A stretch of DNA of 64,000 nucleotides from Cyanobacteria bacterium auto_48_18 (GTDB taxonomy: Bacteria > Cyanobacteriota > Vampirovibrionia > Obscuribacterales > Obscuribacteraceae): positions 25,465-89,464 of the forward strand of contig JAVHQC010000008.1 of assembly GCA_036170915.1 (NCBI GenBank). Direction: 5' to 3'. Positions 47,936 through 57,933 of the stretch are shown piece after piece. A model generated the notes under the pieces. It was not told where the DNA came from. It saw nothing but the letters and a program-made list of their open reading frames with translations, and ran no database searches. The stretch's first letter is position 1. Every line of letters begins with the position of its first letter. The translations under genes and the position numbers were made by a program.

Positions 47936-48034
47936 TTCTATATTAATGCGTTTGCCTCTATGGGGAACTAAGAGCGTCCTCTGCCGTCGCAGGAGGCTAT
48001 TAAACCAACATCGCTAAGCTAAGGTGAACAAATT

Positions 48035-48988
48035 ATGTCTGATACTACAATTAAGAAAATTGACTCGTCTCATTCCCCTAAGGGCGAGGCTGGTCAAAAA
48101 TATTTAGCATCGGGCAAAGCTATGTCCATGCGACTCTGGGAGTGCGAGCCTGTGAATGGCGACAAACCAGAATCAAAACGTGAATACGAAACTGTTGGTT
48201 ATGTCATTAAAGGAAAGGCCGAGCTGCATATCGAAGGGCAGATGGTGCTACTCACGCCGGGAGACTCCTGGACTGTGCCGAAAAATTCAAGCCATCGCTA
48301 CAAAATATTAGAAGCCTTTACGGCAGTGGAGTCAACATCTCCACCGGCCGAAGTTCATGGGAGAGATGAAGGAATGTCCAGCAACAACGAAAGCAACGGT
48401 AAAGACAAAAACGGCAAACACGAAAGCTCAGAGAACAATTCAGTTGCTGAATTTGCTAAAGCTACTTCCGTTGAAGAATGCGCACCAGCAAAACCCGGTC
48501 TGGCAGGTGGTAAAGGTGCCGTCGATAAAACAACCGAAGTGTCGCCCATGGATAAAGGTGCCGAAGATGAAATTGACGGAGAAAATCCACCGAAAGAGGG
48601 TGAAACTGATGCCGCCAAGGCCAAGAGCGCACCAGTAGAACCGCAAGGTAAAACTGCATCAGATGCTGATGACAAAGCTGAGGCCAAAACAGAAGACCTA
48701 AAAAAGCTTAGCGAGGCCGGCGAAAATTCAACGGAAAAATCTGCAGCCGTCGACGAAGCCAAGCAAGTAAAAGAAGATACTGCGGAGAACAAGCAGAAAG
48801 AAGCTGAAGGTGCGTCGTCTGGCAACGAAGGCGACAAGAAAGAAGACAAGAAAGAAGACCAAGATGAAGCCAAAGCTGTGCAAGAGATTGCTGGAGAAAT
48901 TCCGCGTCCGAACAGCGAGGTGACTTCAAATTCTCCAGAAAAAGAACCGACACCAGCTGAACATATTGATTTAGATAAATCAGCCTAA
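48035..48988 (+). CDS. Cupin domain protein with a long acidic disordered C-terminal extension
   Basis: MRLWE, YETVGYVI.G.AELHIEGQ..LL.PGDSW.VP....H.Y, then about 200 aa rich in E/K/D/A. Confidence 0.85.
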   Translation: MSDTTIKKIDSSHSPKGEAGQKYLASGKAMSMRLWECEPVNGDKPESKREYETVGYVIKGKAELHIEGQMVLLTPGDSWTVPKNSSHRYKILEAFTAVESTSPPAEVHGRDEGMSSNNESNGKDKNGKHESSENNSVAEFAKATSVEECAPAKPGLAGGKGAVDKTTEVSPMDKGAEDEIDGENPPKEGETDAAKAKSAPVEPQGKTASDADDKAEAKTEDLKKLSEAGENSTEKSAAVDEAKQVKEDTAENKQKEAEGASSGNEGDKKEDKKEDQDEAKAVQEIAGEIPRPNSEVTSNSPEKEPTPAEHIDLDKSA

Positions 48989-48996
48989 AGTATGAC

Positions 48997-49896
48997 CTAG
49001 AGCTCACTTTGCATGCGCATTACAAGATCTTGTATTTGCGCATGCATCGTTTTTTCGTCTAAGTTAATTCGCTCGCCGTGTCCGGTAAAGAGCCACTCAA
49101 AAGAATGTTGATTCAATTTTTCCATTGATTTTGCCTGCTCTTGCCACGAATACCAGCAATGTTCGCGAAAACCTTCCAATCTTTGCGTATCGCGATCATA
49201 AGCAAGGTGGTCACCCGTGAACAGATATTTTCCCTTGTACAGCAACACTATGTGGCCCCTGGTATGGCCAGGGGTGGGAATAATAGTAAAATCACTCAAG
49301 TCAGCAAAAGTCTGATGCAATTGTGCGTTAATCCCACGCGGCTCTTTTATATCAATTATAATTTCGCTGCCCGGGGCACTGTCGGCATCTTCCTTGTGAA
49401 TAATGCGCAATGCACCAAATTCGGTGGCATACTTTTCGCAGTCAGCCACATCGTCGCGATGAGTAAGAAAAATATATTTGATTCCACCCAGTTGATGAAA
49501 TTGCTTGACCAGGTGGGGTAAAAATTTTGGTGAGTCTACAAGCCAGTTGCCGTCAGGATCTTGAATGAAGTAACTGTTGCCGCCATAAGATTTGGGCGAA
49601 TTGAAACCGCAATAATAGATGTTGCCAGTCAGAGGCATGGGTAAGTCGGCCATTACTGCTTTAGCTTGATTGGCTCCCATGGTGCCGATTGAACCGGTGG
49701 GGCAGCAGAGTAGAGCCTGGGTGGCGGCGCGTTCTGCTGTTTCAGATGAAGGCTGGCTGTATACAATTGAATGATCGGCTCTCTCGGCGAATGTCTGCGG
49801 CGCCAGCTGCCGGCAGGTATCGCAATTAATACAGGTCTGGTCGACGAAAAACTTTCCGCCTACATTGTCTTCAAAACGTCTCTTTGGATCAGCCAT
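48997..49896 (-). CDS. Ferredoxin (Fe-S) + metallo-beta-lactamase-fold hydrolase fusion
   Basis: CINCDTC...CPTGSI; THRDD, TPGHT.GH, FTGDH and GHG. Confidence 0.9.
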   Translation of the reverse strand: MADPKRRFEDNVGGKFFVDQTCINCDTCRQLAPQTFAERADHSIVYSQPSSETAERAATQALLCCPTGSIGTMGANQAKAVMADLPMPLTGNIYYCGFNSPKSYGGNSYFIQDPDGNWLVDSPKFLPHLVKQFHQLGGIKYIFLTHRDDVADCEKYATEFGALRIIHKEDADSAPGSEIIIDIKEPRGINAQLHQTFADLSDFTIIPTPGHTRGHIVLLYKGKYLFTGDHLAYDRDTQRLEGFREHCWYSWQEQAKSMEKLNQHSFEWLFTGHGERINLDEKTMHAQIQDLVMRMQSEL

Positions 49897-49915
49897 ATAT
49901 TTATAATAATGCTTT

Positions 49916-50599
49916 TTAGCTTGACGAGTTTAGTCGATAACCAACGCGCGCAACATTCTCAATCATAGAATGTGCCGGATCTTCGGCGGCATCAATCACT
50001 TTTCTAATTCTTCGTATGGCCGATCGCAGACCTTCAGACGAAGCATCTGAATCGTAGCTCCAGACGCGAGACATAATTGACTGTACGCTAAAAACCTGAT
50101 CGGGATTGCGCATGAAAAACTCAAGCAGGGCGAAATCTTTGGGTGCTAAGTGCAGGTCGTTTCCAGCCTTTGTTAGTTTATATTTGGTCGGATCAAGTAC
50201 CAGGTCAGCTATACAAATCTGGTTTCCTGTACCCCCGCTGGCTCGCCGCAGCAAGGCTTTGATGCGCATTTTTAATTCACGAATATCGAATGGCTTGGTC
50301 AGATAGTCGTCAGCACCTGACTCGATTCCCTCTTCTTTGTGGTCAATCAAGGTTCTGCCGGTGAGCATTATTATGGGAGTTTTCTTGCCGCTGGCGCGAA
50401 ATTGTTTAGCAATTTCCACTCCAGATTTGCCTGGCAGGTCCCAGTCTAAAACAATTATGTCAAACTCTTCTAGCTGCAGAAGATCGGCGCCGTCATTACC
50501 ATTGGTGGCCAGTTCAACCACATGCCGCTCGTCTTGAAGCCCGTCGACAACCGTGGTTGCCAAATCTATGTCATCTTCAACTAAGAGTATTTTAGCCAA
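49916..50599 (-). CDS. OmpR/PhoB family response regulator
   Basis: ILLVEDD, VLDWDLP, GADDYLTKPF and a winged-helix C-terminus (R..GY). Confidence 0.95.
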   Translation of the reverse strand: MAKILLVEDDIDLATTVVDGLQDERHVVELATNGNDGADLLQLEEFDIIVLDWDLPGKSGVEIAKQFRASGKKTPIIMLTGRTLIDHKEEGIESGADDYLTKPFDIRELKMRIKALLRRASGGTGNQICIADLVLDPTKYKLTKAGNDLHLAPKDFALLEFFMRNPDQVFSVQSIMSRVWSYDSDASSEGLRSAIRRIRKVIDAAEDPAHSMIENVARVGYRLNSSS

Positions 50600-50665
50600 T
50601 GGTTAATACGTAGAATCAATGAGTGTTTATAATTATACTTTGATACCAAGCAATATTCGGTTTCT

Positions 50666-52441
50666 GTGACTAAAGTTTCGTTAGCGGCGCAAGTTTTGAT
50701 GCTAGCCATTGTGCCTCTTTCGATGCAATTGGCATTGCTGCTCTGGATGGCTGATTTACAGTCGAAGGCCGAAACTCAGCTAACGCAAGCAAAGCGTTCA
50801 AAAAAAATAGCTGACCACATGTCTAGTTTAATGGCTCTTACATATTTCGCCGCCAAGCACGCTGATGATGACAGTCAGTCGCAGAAAGCCGCTGCAGACG
50901 AATCGGCTGCTCGCATGAAGAACATTTTTTCCCAGTTGAAAACATTGGTGGAACCTAATTCAGAATTGGCCACCACAGTGGCAAGGTCTGAGGCTACCAG
51001 TCTCAAGATGTATCAGATCTTTGAAAAAATTGTGGCAACAGATGACAAGGCAGTGCGGGCGCCACTATGGCTTGAATTGCGTGCCCGTGTCAAAGAAGTG
51101 CTTTACGGCGATTTACTCAATACTCAGAAGCAATATGAACTCTATGCCAAGCAAGGCGTTGACACAGAATTTAAGCTGAGAGAACGTTTCCACGACGTTG
51201 CCCTGGTTGGTGGTGCCATTAATCTCTTGCTGTCCGGAGGCCTGGCCTTATTTTTAGCGAGTAAAATTGCACGGCGGCTCAAGCGCCTCGATGACAACAA
51301 TATTCGCTTAGCCGCGAACCTTCCACTTGGTCCTGCCATTGCTGGTGCCGATGAAATCGCTCGCGTAGACCGAACATTCCGTCAGATGGCCAAGGCTATG
51401 CAAGAGACTGCGCGAAAAGAGCACCAGGTCATAGAAGGTGCGCGTGATTGGATTTGTTCTATCGACAAGAGTGGTCGAATAATCGCTACAAATCCGGCAT
51501 GTTTAAAGATGCTGGGTTACCAAACTGACGAACTTCTAGGTGCGCGGCTGGTCAATTTTATCAGTGAAAATGATCTTCAAAGTGAACAAGTTATCAATCG
51601 GTTTTTCAGTAGTACCGACGAACAGTCCATAGACATTCAGTTGCAACATAAGTCTAGGCAAAAGGTTGATACCTCCTGGTCTATACAATGGTCAGAAGAC
51701 GAACAGACATTCTTTTGTGTCGTCCATGATGTCACTGAAAGGCGAGCCGCTGAACAACTGAGACAGGAAGTTTTGCATATGGTCAGCCATGATCTGCGCA
51801 CGCCACTCAGTACTTTGGGAAATGTATTCAGATTCCTTTCTCAGTCTGATAGCGGTTTAGTAGAGAAAACTAAAACATACATTCAGCTAGGGGAACGCAA
51901 TGTCACTCGCTTAATTGCAATGGTCAACGATCTGCTTGATATTGAAAAAATCAGGTCGGGCAAAATGATAATTGAAAAAGAAGCGGTGCATTTAGATGAA
52001 TGTTTCCAGGCCTGCATTGAAGCTTTATTACCTGCTGCAGAACAAGCTGGTGTGCGGCTGGAAGTTGAGCAAACGTCACTGATTGTCAGCGGTGATGCCG
52101 ATAAAATCGACAGGGTGATTATCAATCTTGCAGCCAATGCCATCAGGTATTCAAAAGCAGGAGATATGGTTCGCGTTTACGCTGAGTGCTCAGAGACCAA
52201 AAGCGAAATGGTGACAGTGAATGTAATTGATCAAGGCCTTGGAATTGCTGAGGATCAGCTCGCGAGTGTGTTCGAAAGGTTTCATCAGTTAAAGGATGAA
52301 AAATCAGCTGAGGGTTCTGGTCTGGGATTGACTATTTGTAAGGCCTTTGTTGAACTTCATGGTGGAGAGATTTGGGCTACTCGATTGGCTCAAGGAACCC
52401 AATTCTCATTGACTTTGCCACTGCTGGGTTCAAAGCTTTGA
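50666..52441 (+). CDS. Membrane sensor histidine kinase (HAMP-PAS-HisKA-HATPase)
   Basis: 2 TM, DEIA.V, PAS, SHDLRTPL, NL..NAIRYS, DQGLGI and GSGLGL.I. Divergent from the OmpR-type regulator. Confidence 0.95.
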   Translation: MTKVSLAAQVLMLAIVPLSMQLALLLWMADLQSKAETQLTQAKRSKKIADHMSSLMALTYFAAKHADDDSQSQKAAADESAARMKNIFSQLKTLVEPNSELATTVARSEATSLKMYQIFEKIVATDDKAVRAPLWLELRARVKEVLYGDLLNTQKQYELYAKQGVDTEFKLRERFHDVALVGGAINLLLSGGLALFLASKIARRLKRLDDNNIRLAANLPLGPAIAGADEIARVDRTFRQMAKAMQETARKEHQVIEGARDWICSIDKSGRIIATNPACLKMLGYQTDELLGARLVNFISENDLQSEQVINRFFSSTDEQSIDIQLQHKSRQKVDTSWSIQWSEDEQTFFCVVHDVTERRAAEQLRQEVLHMVSHDLRTPLSTLGNVFRFLSQSDSGLVEKTKTYIQLGERNVTRLIAMVNDLLDIEKIRSGKMIIEKEAVHLDECFQACIEALLPAAEQAGVRLEVEQTSLIVSGDADKIDRVIINLAANAIRYSKAGDMVRVYAECSETKSEMVTVNVIDQGLGIAEDQLASVFERFHQLKDEKSAEGSGLGLTICKAFVELHGGEIWATRLAQGTQFSLTLPLLGSKL

Positions 52442-52948
52442 TCAGTAAGCTTTTTTGTTGAGCTTCGAATAATCATCATCTTTAAGCTTCGATGCGATCA
52501 GATCTTTCATACTTTTATGATTGAAAGTGTCGGTGGTGTGAAAAGCCTTTATTTCCATGGCGGTAATGTTGCCGTCACGTTTTGGCTGATCGATATTTCT
52601 AAATTCTTTGCGTAGAGCAAGCATCGCACTGGTTTCTTTTTTGCCATAGTCGTCGCTGTTAATTGCGTAGTCGAGCTCTTTTTTAGATAGGCCACCGTCT
52701 TTATCAATGTCGATACTGTTGAAAAGTTTCTTTGACAGTACGGGCTGTTTGGCTGCGTCATTATCTAAGAAGGAGAGGTTGGGTAAATGTTTTTCGCCTG
52801 TGCTTAGACCTTTTTGCACATCGTGCGCTAGTATTTTCTTGGTCGCCTCAGCTTCTTCTTTAGAAAAAACATCTTTAAATGGATTTGCTCCAAGACTGCC
52901 TTTAACTGACTGTTTATCTGTACATTCTACTAATTCTTTGTTGCTCAT
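52442..52948 (-). CDS. EF-hand-containing protein
   Basis: DIDKDGGLSKKE canonical EF loop and a second D...DGNITAME loop. ATG 52948 follows AGGTG. Confidence 0.7.
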   Translation of the reverse strand: MSNKELVECTDKQSVKGSLGANPFKDVFSKEEAEATKKILAHDVQKGLSTGEKHLPNLSFLDNDAAKQPVLSKKLFNSIDIDKDGGLSKKELDYAINSDDYGKKETSAMLALRKEFRNIDQPKRDGNITAMEIKAFHTTDTFNHKSMKDLIASKLKDDDYSKLNKKAY

Positions 52949-53137
52949 AATTTTCACCTGGGGTTGGTTTGTAGTTGATTTCAAACAAAGTGGCGTTTGC
53001 GCTTGCTTGGTAACCGTTCACAATGCCAGTGTATTTTTTATGCGTGATCAAAGGGCAACGAAACTGTGATCAAACTGTGACAAGTCAGCACTTTGAAAAA
53101 TCTTTGTCGTGGCTGGCTGGCCGAGCTAGATTAGCAG

Positions 53138-54211
53138 CTAATCTTGTTTGCTCCACGCTCGAACTGGCACACCTCCATGCACCATTGATTGCATGGCTTC
53201 GGTGAAAAACAGGTAGGGATGAGCTGTTGGATCCAGACTGCTGCAATTTTCCAATTTTGCCAGTGCTTCGGCCGGAAGCTGAAAATCTATAGCAGCAATA
53301 AGATCCTCTAGTTGAGCCAATTTGGTGGCACCGATGATTGTTGAGGTGATGCCTGGACGGTTGGCCACCCAATTAAGAGCGACCTGTGCTGGAGACTTAC
53401 CGATTGCTTCGGCCACTTTCACCAGTGCATCCACAACAGCCCAATTGTGTTCGGTGAATAGTTTTTCAAAACCAGGATGGCCTGAACCCTTCAGTTGCGA
53501 AAGCCTACCTTCTTTGCCACCATTGAAATCTCGTTTGTATTTACCTGTGAGCATTCCACTTCCAAGGGGAGCCCATGGACAGATGCCCAGACCAAACTCC
53601 TGAGCGGCAGGAATGTGCTCGCGCTCTATTGTGCGCTCAATCAAAGAATATTCAAGCTGCAGGGCCGACATACGGTGCAATGAATTGGCCTCGGCCAGAG
53701 TTTGCATCTTGGACAGGTACCAGGCCGGTACATCTGATAAGCCAAAGTATCTGATTTTACCTTCCCGCACCAGGTCATTCAGAGTCAGTAGCACTTCTTC
53801 AACAGGAGTCACCTTATCCCAGGTATGCAGCCAATAAAGATCGACATAATCTGTGGATAGCCTCTTAAGCGAGCCTTCCAGGGCGCGATAAATATTTTTG
53901 CGGCCATTGCCGCCGGCATTAGGATTGCCTTTTTCTGCATTGAATGTAAATTTGGTGGCCAGTACAATTTTATCGCGTAGCCCGGCATCCTTGATAAATT
54001 TTCCCACCAGTTTTTCACTGGTGCCGTTAGTGTAACCATCGGCGGTATCAATGAAATTGCCACCCTTGTCAGCGTAAGCGTTAAAAATTTGTTGCGCCGA
54101 CTCTTCTGAAGTGCCCCAACCCCAGTCCTCGCCAAAGGTCATGGTACCCAGGCAAAGTGGGCTAACTTTCAGTCCGCTTCGGCCCAGTGTTACGTAATTA
54201 GAGAGTTTCAT
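53138..54211 (-). CDS. Aldo/keto reductase
   Basis: LGRSGLKVSPLCLGTM, NFIDTAD.Y, ATKF, SL.RL.TDY.DLY.LH and PAQVALNW. Confidence 0.95.
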   Translation of the reverse strand: MKLSNYVTLGRSGLKVSPLCLGTMTFGEDWGWGTSEESAQQIFNAYADKGGNFIDTADGYTNGTSEKLVGKFIKDAGLRDKIVLATKFTFNAEKGNPNAGGNGRKNIYRALEGSLKRLSTDYVDLYWLHTWDKVTPVEEVLLTLNDLVREGKIRYFGLSDVPAWYLSKMQTLAEANSLHRMSALQLEYSLIERTIEREHIPAAQEFGLGICPWAPLGSGMLTGKYKRDFNGGKEGRLSQLKGSGHPGFEKLFTEHNWAVVDALVKVAEAIGKSPAQVALNWVANRPGITSTIIGATKLAQLEDLIAAIDFQLPAEALAKLENCSSLDPTAHPYLFFTEAMQSMVHGGVPVRAWSKQD

Positions 54212-54264
54212 CTGGATTTTTCCTTAAAACTAGCCAGGCTATACAAAGATGCGGAACGCATTTT

Positions 54265-54987
54265 CTACATGCACGCCCAGCCGAATGCCAAAACGTCGTG
54301 GTGCTCTGGACACTGTGTGATATGGCCGCAGCCACTATCGCCCCACATATAATCGACGTTCACCGTTGAGTCGATCTGAAAAACTAGTTGCATTGGTTTT
54401 TCGCATGTGCTGCATGGTGGATACTCTACGTCTTGAATCCAGTCAGGCCAGCCACCAAGCTTGTCACCACCTGACGGGCCGTCATAACTTTCGGCGTTTT
54501 CTGCTTCGTACAGTGCATCTAATTCGTCTTCATCGATTTCCTCATAACTAGACAGCTCGCTTACGCGGGGCAGTTCTGCCTCGCCTGGCTCCCAGCGTTT
54601 GATCGCTTTCGCGGCGAACGCATCAGCGACAGGTGTTCGTTGCGGCGAGTTCGCCGCACCTTCAGGCAAAACAATTCTAACTAACATTGCTTTGTCATTT
54701 GGAAACCAGGACCCGCAATCAACTTCACAGTGAGGTTCTGAATTCGTGCAATAAAAAAATTGCATCAGCCCCAAACCTTTAACTTTGCAATCTTTAGGCA
54801 AGGTGTCTAAGTTGAGCTGCACAAACAACTGCATTGCTTTGTCGCAGTTTTTGCACTTCGGCCACTCCTCACCGTTTCCCAGCCAGGGAATTCCTGAAAA
54901 TTTCGAGTCAGTCAGAGCACCGTCAGAATTGACGCACGCTGGAAAGTACGGAACTCGTTTGTATGTTTCAAATTTGGTAACAACCAT
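54265..54987 (-). CDS. DUF1963/YwqG family protein
   Basis: SKFSG.P, WP.C..C...M....Q.N, KLGGWP.WIQ and QIDS....MWGD.G. Confidence 0.85.
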   Translation of the reverse strand: MVVTKFETYKRVPYFPACVNSDGALTDSKFSGIPWLGNGEEWPKCKNCDKAMQLFVQLNLDTLPKDCKVKGLGLMQFFYCTNSEPHCEVDCGSWFPNDKAMLVRIVLPEGAANSPQRTPVADAFAAKAIKRWEPGEAELPRVSELSSYEEIDEDELDALYEAENAESYDGPSGGDKLGGWPDWIQDVEYPPCSTCEKPMQLVFQIDSTVNVDYMWGDSGCGHITQCPEHHDVLAFGWACM

Positions 54988-54996
54988 TTCGAACTT

Positions 54997-55797
54997 TCAA
55001 ACCTTTGTGGTGGCTGGCGAATCTGACGTTGACGCCGCATTGGCTGTATCTGCTTCCTCAGCTAGATGTGTATACAGCTTGAAGATCATGCCGGCTACCA
55101 CCAACTCTATAATCACTGTAGGCACACACATAAATGCTAAGGCCACATGATTAGCTGAAGTCTGCAAGCCCAAATAGCTATCGACTACGGAAAGCAGGTT
55201 ATAGAGGATAGCAATGGGCCCCAAGTAGAGGCTGACAAACCAATATTTATCTTTAGTCAATGACCAGCTGCGCTGAATGGCTTTCAGTGGTGTTTGTTTC
55301 TCGATAATGAAAACGGGAAGGAACAAGCAAGTTCTAACAATTAGGGCCAATCCAGGTTGCACTAAGAGCATGCAGAGCAGTATTGCATAACACCGTAATC
55401 CGTCCGCCAGTGAATATGCGAAAAATCGAGCTAATGTAATTGAAAAAGCAAGCCCGGAATGTTTGGACGAGGCTAAGTTCGAAATGTAGAACATCTTGGA
55501 CAGTTCTAGGGTGAGCCATGAGGCTAATGGCAGCGCAATGGCAGGAGAAAATAGGTAAGCGAGTTCTAACTTGGCGGCAGTTTGACATTGAAAAACGCCC
55601 ATACCAATGATGCAGAACAAAACAAATGGCCATTGCACTCTTAGAAACTGCTGCGATTCGCCAAACAACTGCTTTAGAACGGTTGTTGTGCTGATTACGT
55701 TTTTCGGCCCCCAGATAAGAGCGGCAACCCAGTTGAGAACGGCAGCTGCCAATGGAAGAACAGTCGTTGTTAGAATCAGCAGGTCGTCTGAATTCAC
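54997..55797 (-). CDS. Hypothetical integral membrane protein
   Basis: Multiple TM helices; P...IE......AI.RSW.LT motif. Confidence 0.7.
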   Translation of the reverse strand: MNSDDLLILTTTVLPLAAAVLNWVAALIWGPKNVISTTTVLKQLFGESQQFLRVQWPFVLFCIIGMGVFQCQTAAKLELAYLFSPAIALPLASWLTLELSKMFYISNLASSKHSGLAFSITLARFFAYSLADGLRCYAILLCMLLVQPGLALIVRTCLFLPVFIIEKQTPLKAIQRSWSLTKDKYWFVSLYLGPIAILYNLLSVVDSYLGLQTSANHVALAFMCVPTVIIELVVAGMIFKLYTHLAEEADTANAASTSDSPATTKV

Positions 55798-55881
55798 ATT
55801 CTTGCCCGGGCGCTAGTTACTTACTCTATTGTTCCATCATCAACCAGATTAAAACTGCTGGCACTATAATAAGCTAGCTCT

Positions 55882-57168
55882 GTGAGGAAAGTTAGTTTGC
55901 GCAAGCTCATTCGCCTAATTATGGTCTTTCAGGCACTTTCTGGTTTAACCGCCGGAGCGGCCTGGGCAGACGAAGCTAAACCGTCTCAAGTCAATACTCC
56001 AGTTGCCGATAAATGGGCCGTAGTTGTGGGTGTGAGTCAGTTTGCCGACAAGAGCATTAACCTTAAATATGCCGCTAAAGACGCCGGCGACTTTCGCGAT
56101 TTTCTTGTCAACAAATGCAATTTTGCCGCTGACCATGTCAAATTGCTGACCAATGAACTGGCCACCAAAGAGAATGTGCTCGATCTGCTCGGTGACTCTT
56201 TTTTACCACGCGTGGCATTACCTGATGATCTGGTGGTGATCTATTTCAGCAGTCACGGCAGTGCCTCAGACCTCGATTTGCGTGGCGTCAATTATTTAAT
56301 TGCCCATGACACTGCTACAGACAGACTCTATAGCACCGGTATCGAACTGCAGACGCTTTCAAATATCGTCAAGAGTCGCATTCATTGCAATCGTGTTCTG
56401 ATTATTTTAGATGCCTGTCACTCAGGTGGTGCTGGTGAAGAAGTGGCGAGTAAAGGCATTCACAGGGTCTCGAATGTGGATGCCGCCAGCATAGCTCAGG
56501 GTACAGGTCGGGCGGTGATTTGCTCAAGCACAAAAGATCAATCTAGTTGGGAGTCCAAGAATTATAGTAATGGCGTTTTTACCAAGACGCTGATTGATGG
56601 CTTTAATTCGCTGGGCGATAAAACCACCCTGAACTCGGCTTTCAAATATTTGAAGACCAATGTAGAAATGCAAGTAGCCGCTGAAAGAGGTGTCTTGCAA
56701 TCGCCGGTATTGGAGGCTGGCAAATGGACAGGCGGTGATTTGCTGCTCGCGGCCAAACCTGCAGAACCGAGGCTGGTGCCTCCTCAAGTAGTGGCTGTGC
56801 TTGAAGCCAGACTGAAGCCAAAGGTACAGGTTGTGGCTTCTGCCATCGCGCCCGTGTCGAATGAAAAGAAAGACGTTGCGGCGGAGGTATCGGCACCGCA
56901 GGCAATACCAAATATAGTTGGAAGTTTCATTGGTAGTAATGGACTGACCTATACATACTGGCAGGATGGTCGCAAATGCGGTTGGGCCATGCCTTTATTT
57001 GGTGTGATAGGAAAATGCACGATTTCTGATGACGGCAGCACATTGAAGTCGTCGTGGCAGGGCACTGTCAACGGCACCAGCACAGCGAAGCTTGAGGTGG
57101 ACGCCACCGGCAAAGTGACAAAAATAGTAGCTGATGATGGTACTACTTTGAGCCGGTTGGCCAATTAG
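55882..57168 (+). CDS. Exported caspase-family (peptidase C14) protease
   Basis: Signal peptide ending AWA. KWAVVVG, YFSSHG (His), LDACHSG (Cys) and GVFT..L. Confidence 0.9.
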   Translation: MRKVSLRKLIRLIMVFQALSGLTAGAAWADEAKPSQVNTPVADKWAVVVGVSQFADKSINLKYAAKDAGDFRDFLVNKCNFAADHVKLLTNELATKENVLDLLGDSFLPRVALPDDLVVIYFSSHGSASDLDLRGVNYLIAHDTATDRLYSTGIELQTLSNIVKSRIHCNRVLIILDACHSGGAGEEVASKGIHRVSNVDAASIAQGTGRAVICSSTKDQSSWESKNYSNGVFTKTLIDGFNSLGDKTTLNSAFKYLKTNVEMQVAAERGVLQSPVLEAGKWTGGDLLLAAKPAEPRLVPPQVVAVLEARLKPKVQVVASAIAPVSNEKKDVAAEVSAPQAIPNIVGSFIGSNGLTYTYWQDGRKCGWAMPLFGVIGKCTISDDGSTLKSSWQGTVNGTSTAKLEVDATGKVTKIVADDGTTLSRLAN

Positions 57169-57180
57169 GATGAGTGGTAC

Positions 57181-57213
57181 AATATGACTATAGTATGTGA
57201 CTATAGTCATATT
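57181..57213. promoter_or_regulatory. TA operator palindrome
   Basis: AATATGACTATAGT-N5-ACTATAGTCATATT with perfect 14-bp arms, immediately upstream of the antitoxin gene. Confidence 0.8.
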
Positions 57214-57232
57214 TTTGTTGCATGGAGTGGCG

Positions 57233-57475
57233 GTGGAAAACAAACGAACTATGGGTGCCGGTGAGTTCAAAGCTAAATGTCTGAAGGTATTGGACGAAGT
57301 TTTAGAAACGCGCAAACCAATTGTCATTACTAAGCACGGAAAACCAGTGGCTACTGTGTCACCCTATGTTGCAGCCGGTGATATCCCGATTGGTTGCATG
57401 AAAGCGGGCGTCACTGTCCTAGGTGATATCGTGGCGCCATCAGGGGAAGAGTGGGATGCCGAAAGAAAAGCCTAG
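57233..57475 (+). CDS. Phd/YefM family antitoxin
   Basis: AGEFKAKCL.VLDEV......IVITKHGKPVA. GTG 57233 follows GGAG. Confidence 0.92.
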   Translation: MENKRTMGAGEFKAKCLKVLDEVLETRKPIVITKHGKPVATVSPYVAAGDIPIGCMKAGVTVLGDIVAPSGEEWDAERKA

Positions 57476-57908
57476 TCTCGAAGGAACGGCTTTAGACTTT
57501 TTTTTAATTGACACCCATGTAGCAGTATGGCTCGCTCAGGGTGATAGCAGGATTGAAAAACGCCGACGGGTTTTGCAGGTTGCTTACGAAAAGCAGAGAT
57601 TATTTGTTTCAGCAATCTCAGCATGGGAGATAGGCATGTTGGTCGCTAAAGAACGCCTTTCGCTGCCGAAATCTCCGCTTATGTGGTTTGATGAGCTCGT
57701 GTCCAAATTTGGCCTGCAAATCATTGATGTAAATTCTCAGATTGCAATGCAAAGCAATTTTTTGCCTGGTAAATTTCATGGTGATCCTGCTGACAGAATT
57801 ATCATTGCTACGGCTCAGTCGTTAAACTCAGTACTGATCACCGCAGACAAAGCAATCATCGCCTATTCAAAGTCTGGTGTAATCAAGACACTTTCACTGT
57901 CGAATTAG
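57456..57908 (+). CDS. vapC: VapC family PIN-domain toxin
   Basis: LIDTH..VW, VSAISAWEI, HGDPADRIIIATA and LITAD. Overlaps the antitoxin stop. Confidence 0.92.
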   Translation: MPKEKPSLEGTALDFFLIDTHVAVWLAQGDSRIEKRRRVLQVAYEKQRLFVSAISAWEIGMLVAKERLSLPKSPLMWFDELVSKFGLQIIDVNSQIAMQSNFLPGKFHGDPADRIIIATAQSLNSVLITADKAIIAYSKSGVIKTLSLSN

Positions 57909-57933
57909 GTTGCTGCTGCGATTCCCGCTCAAA

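Noticed and set aside
47335..48873. Long antisense ORFs (47335-47931, 48355-48873) and similar shadow ORFs throughout
   Set aside because: They are reverse-strand shadows of low-complexity or well-supported coding regions.
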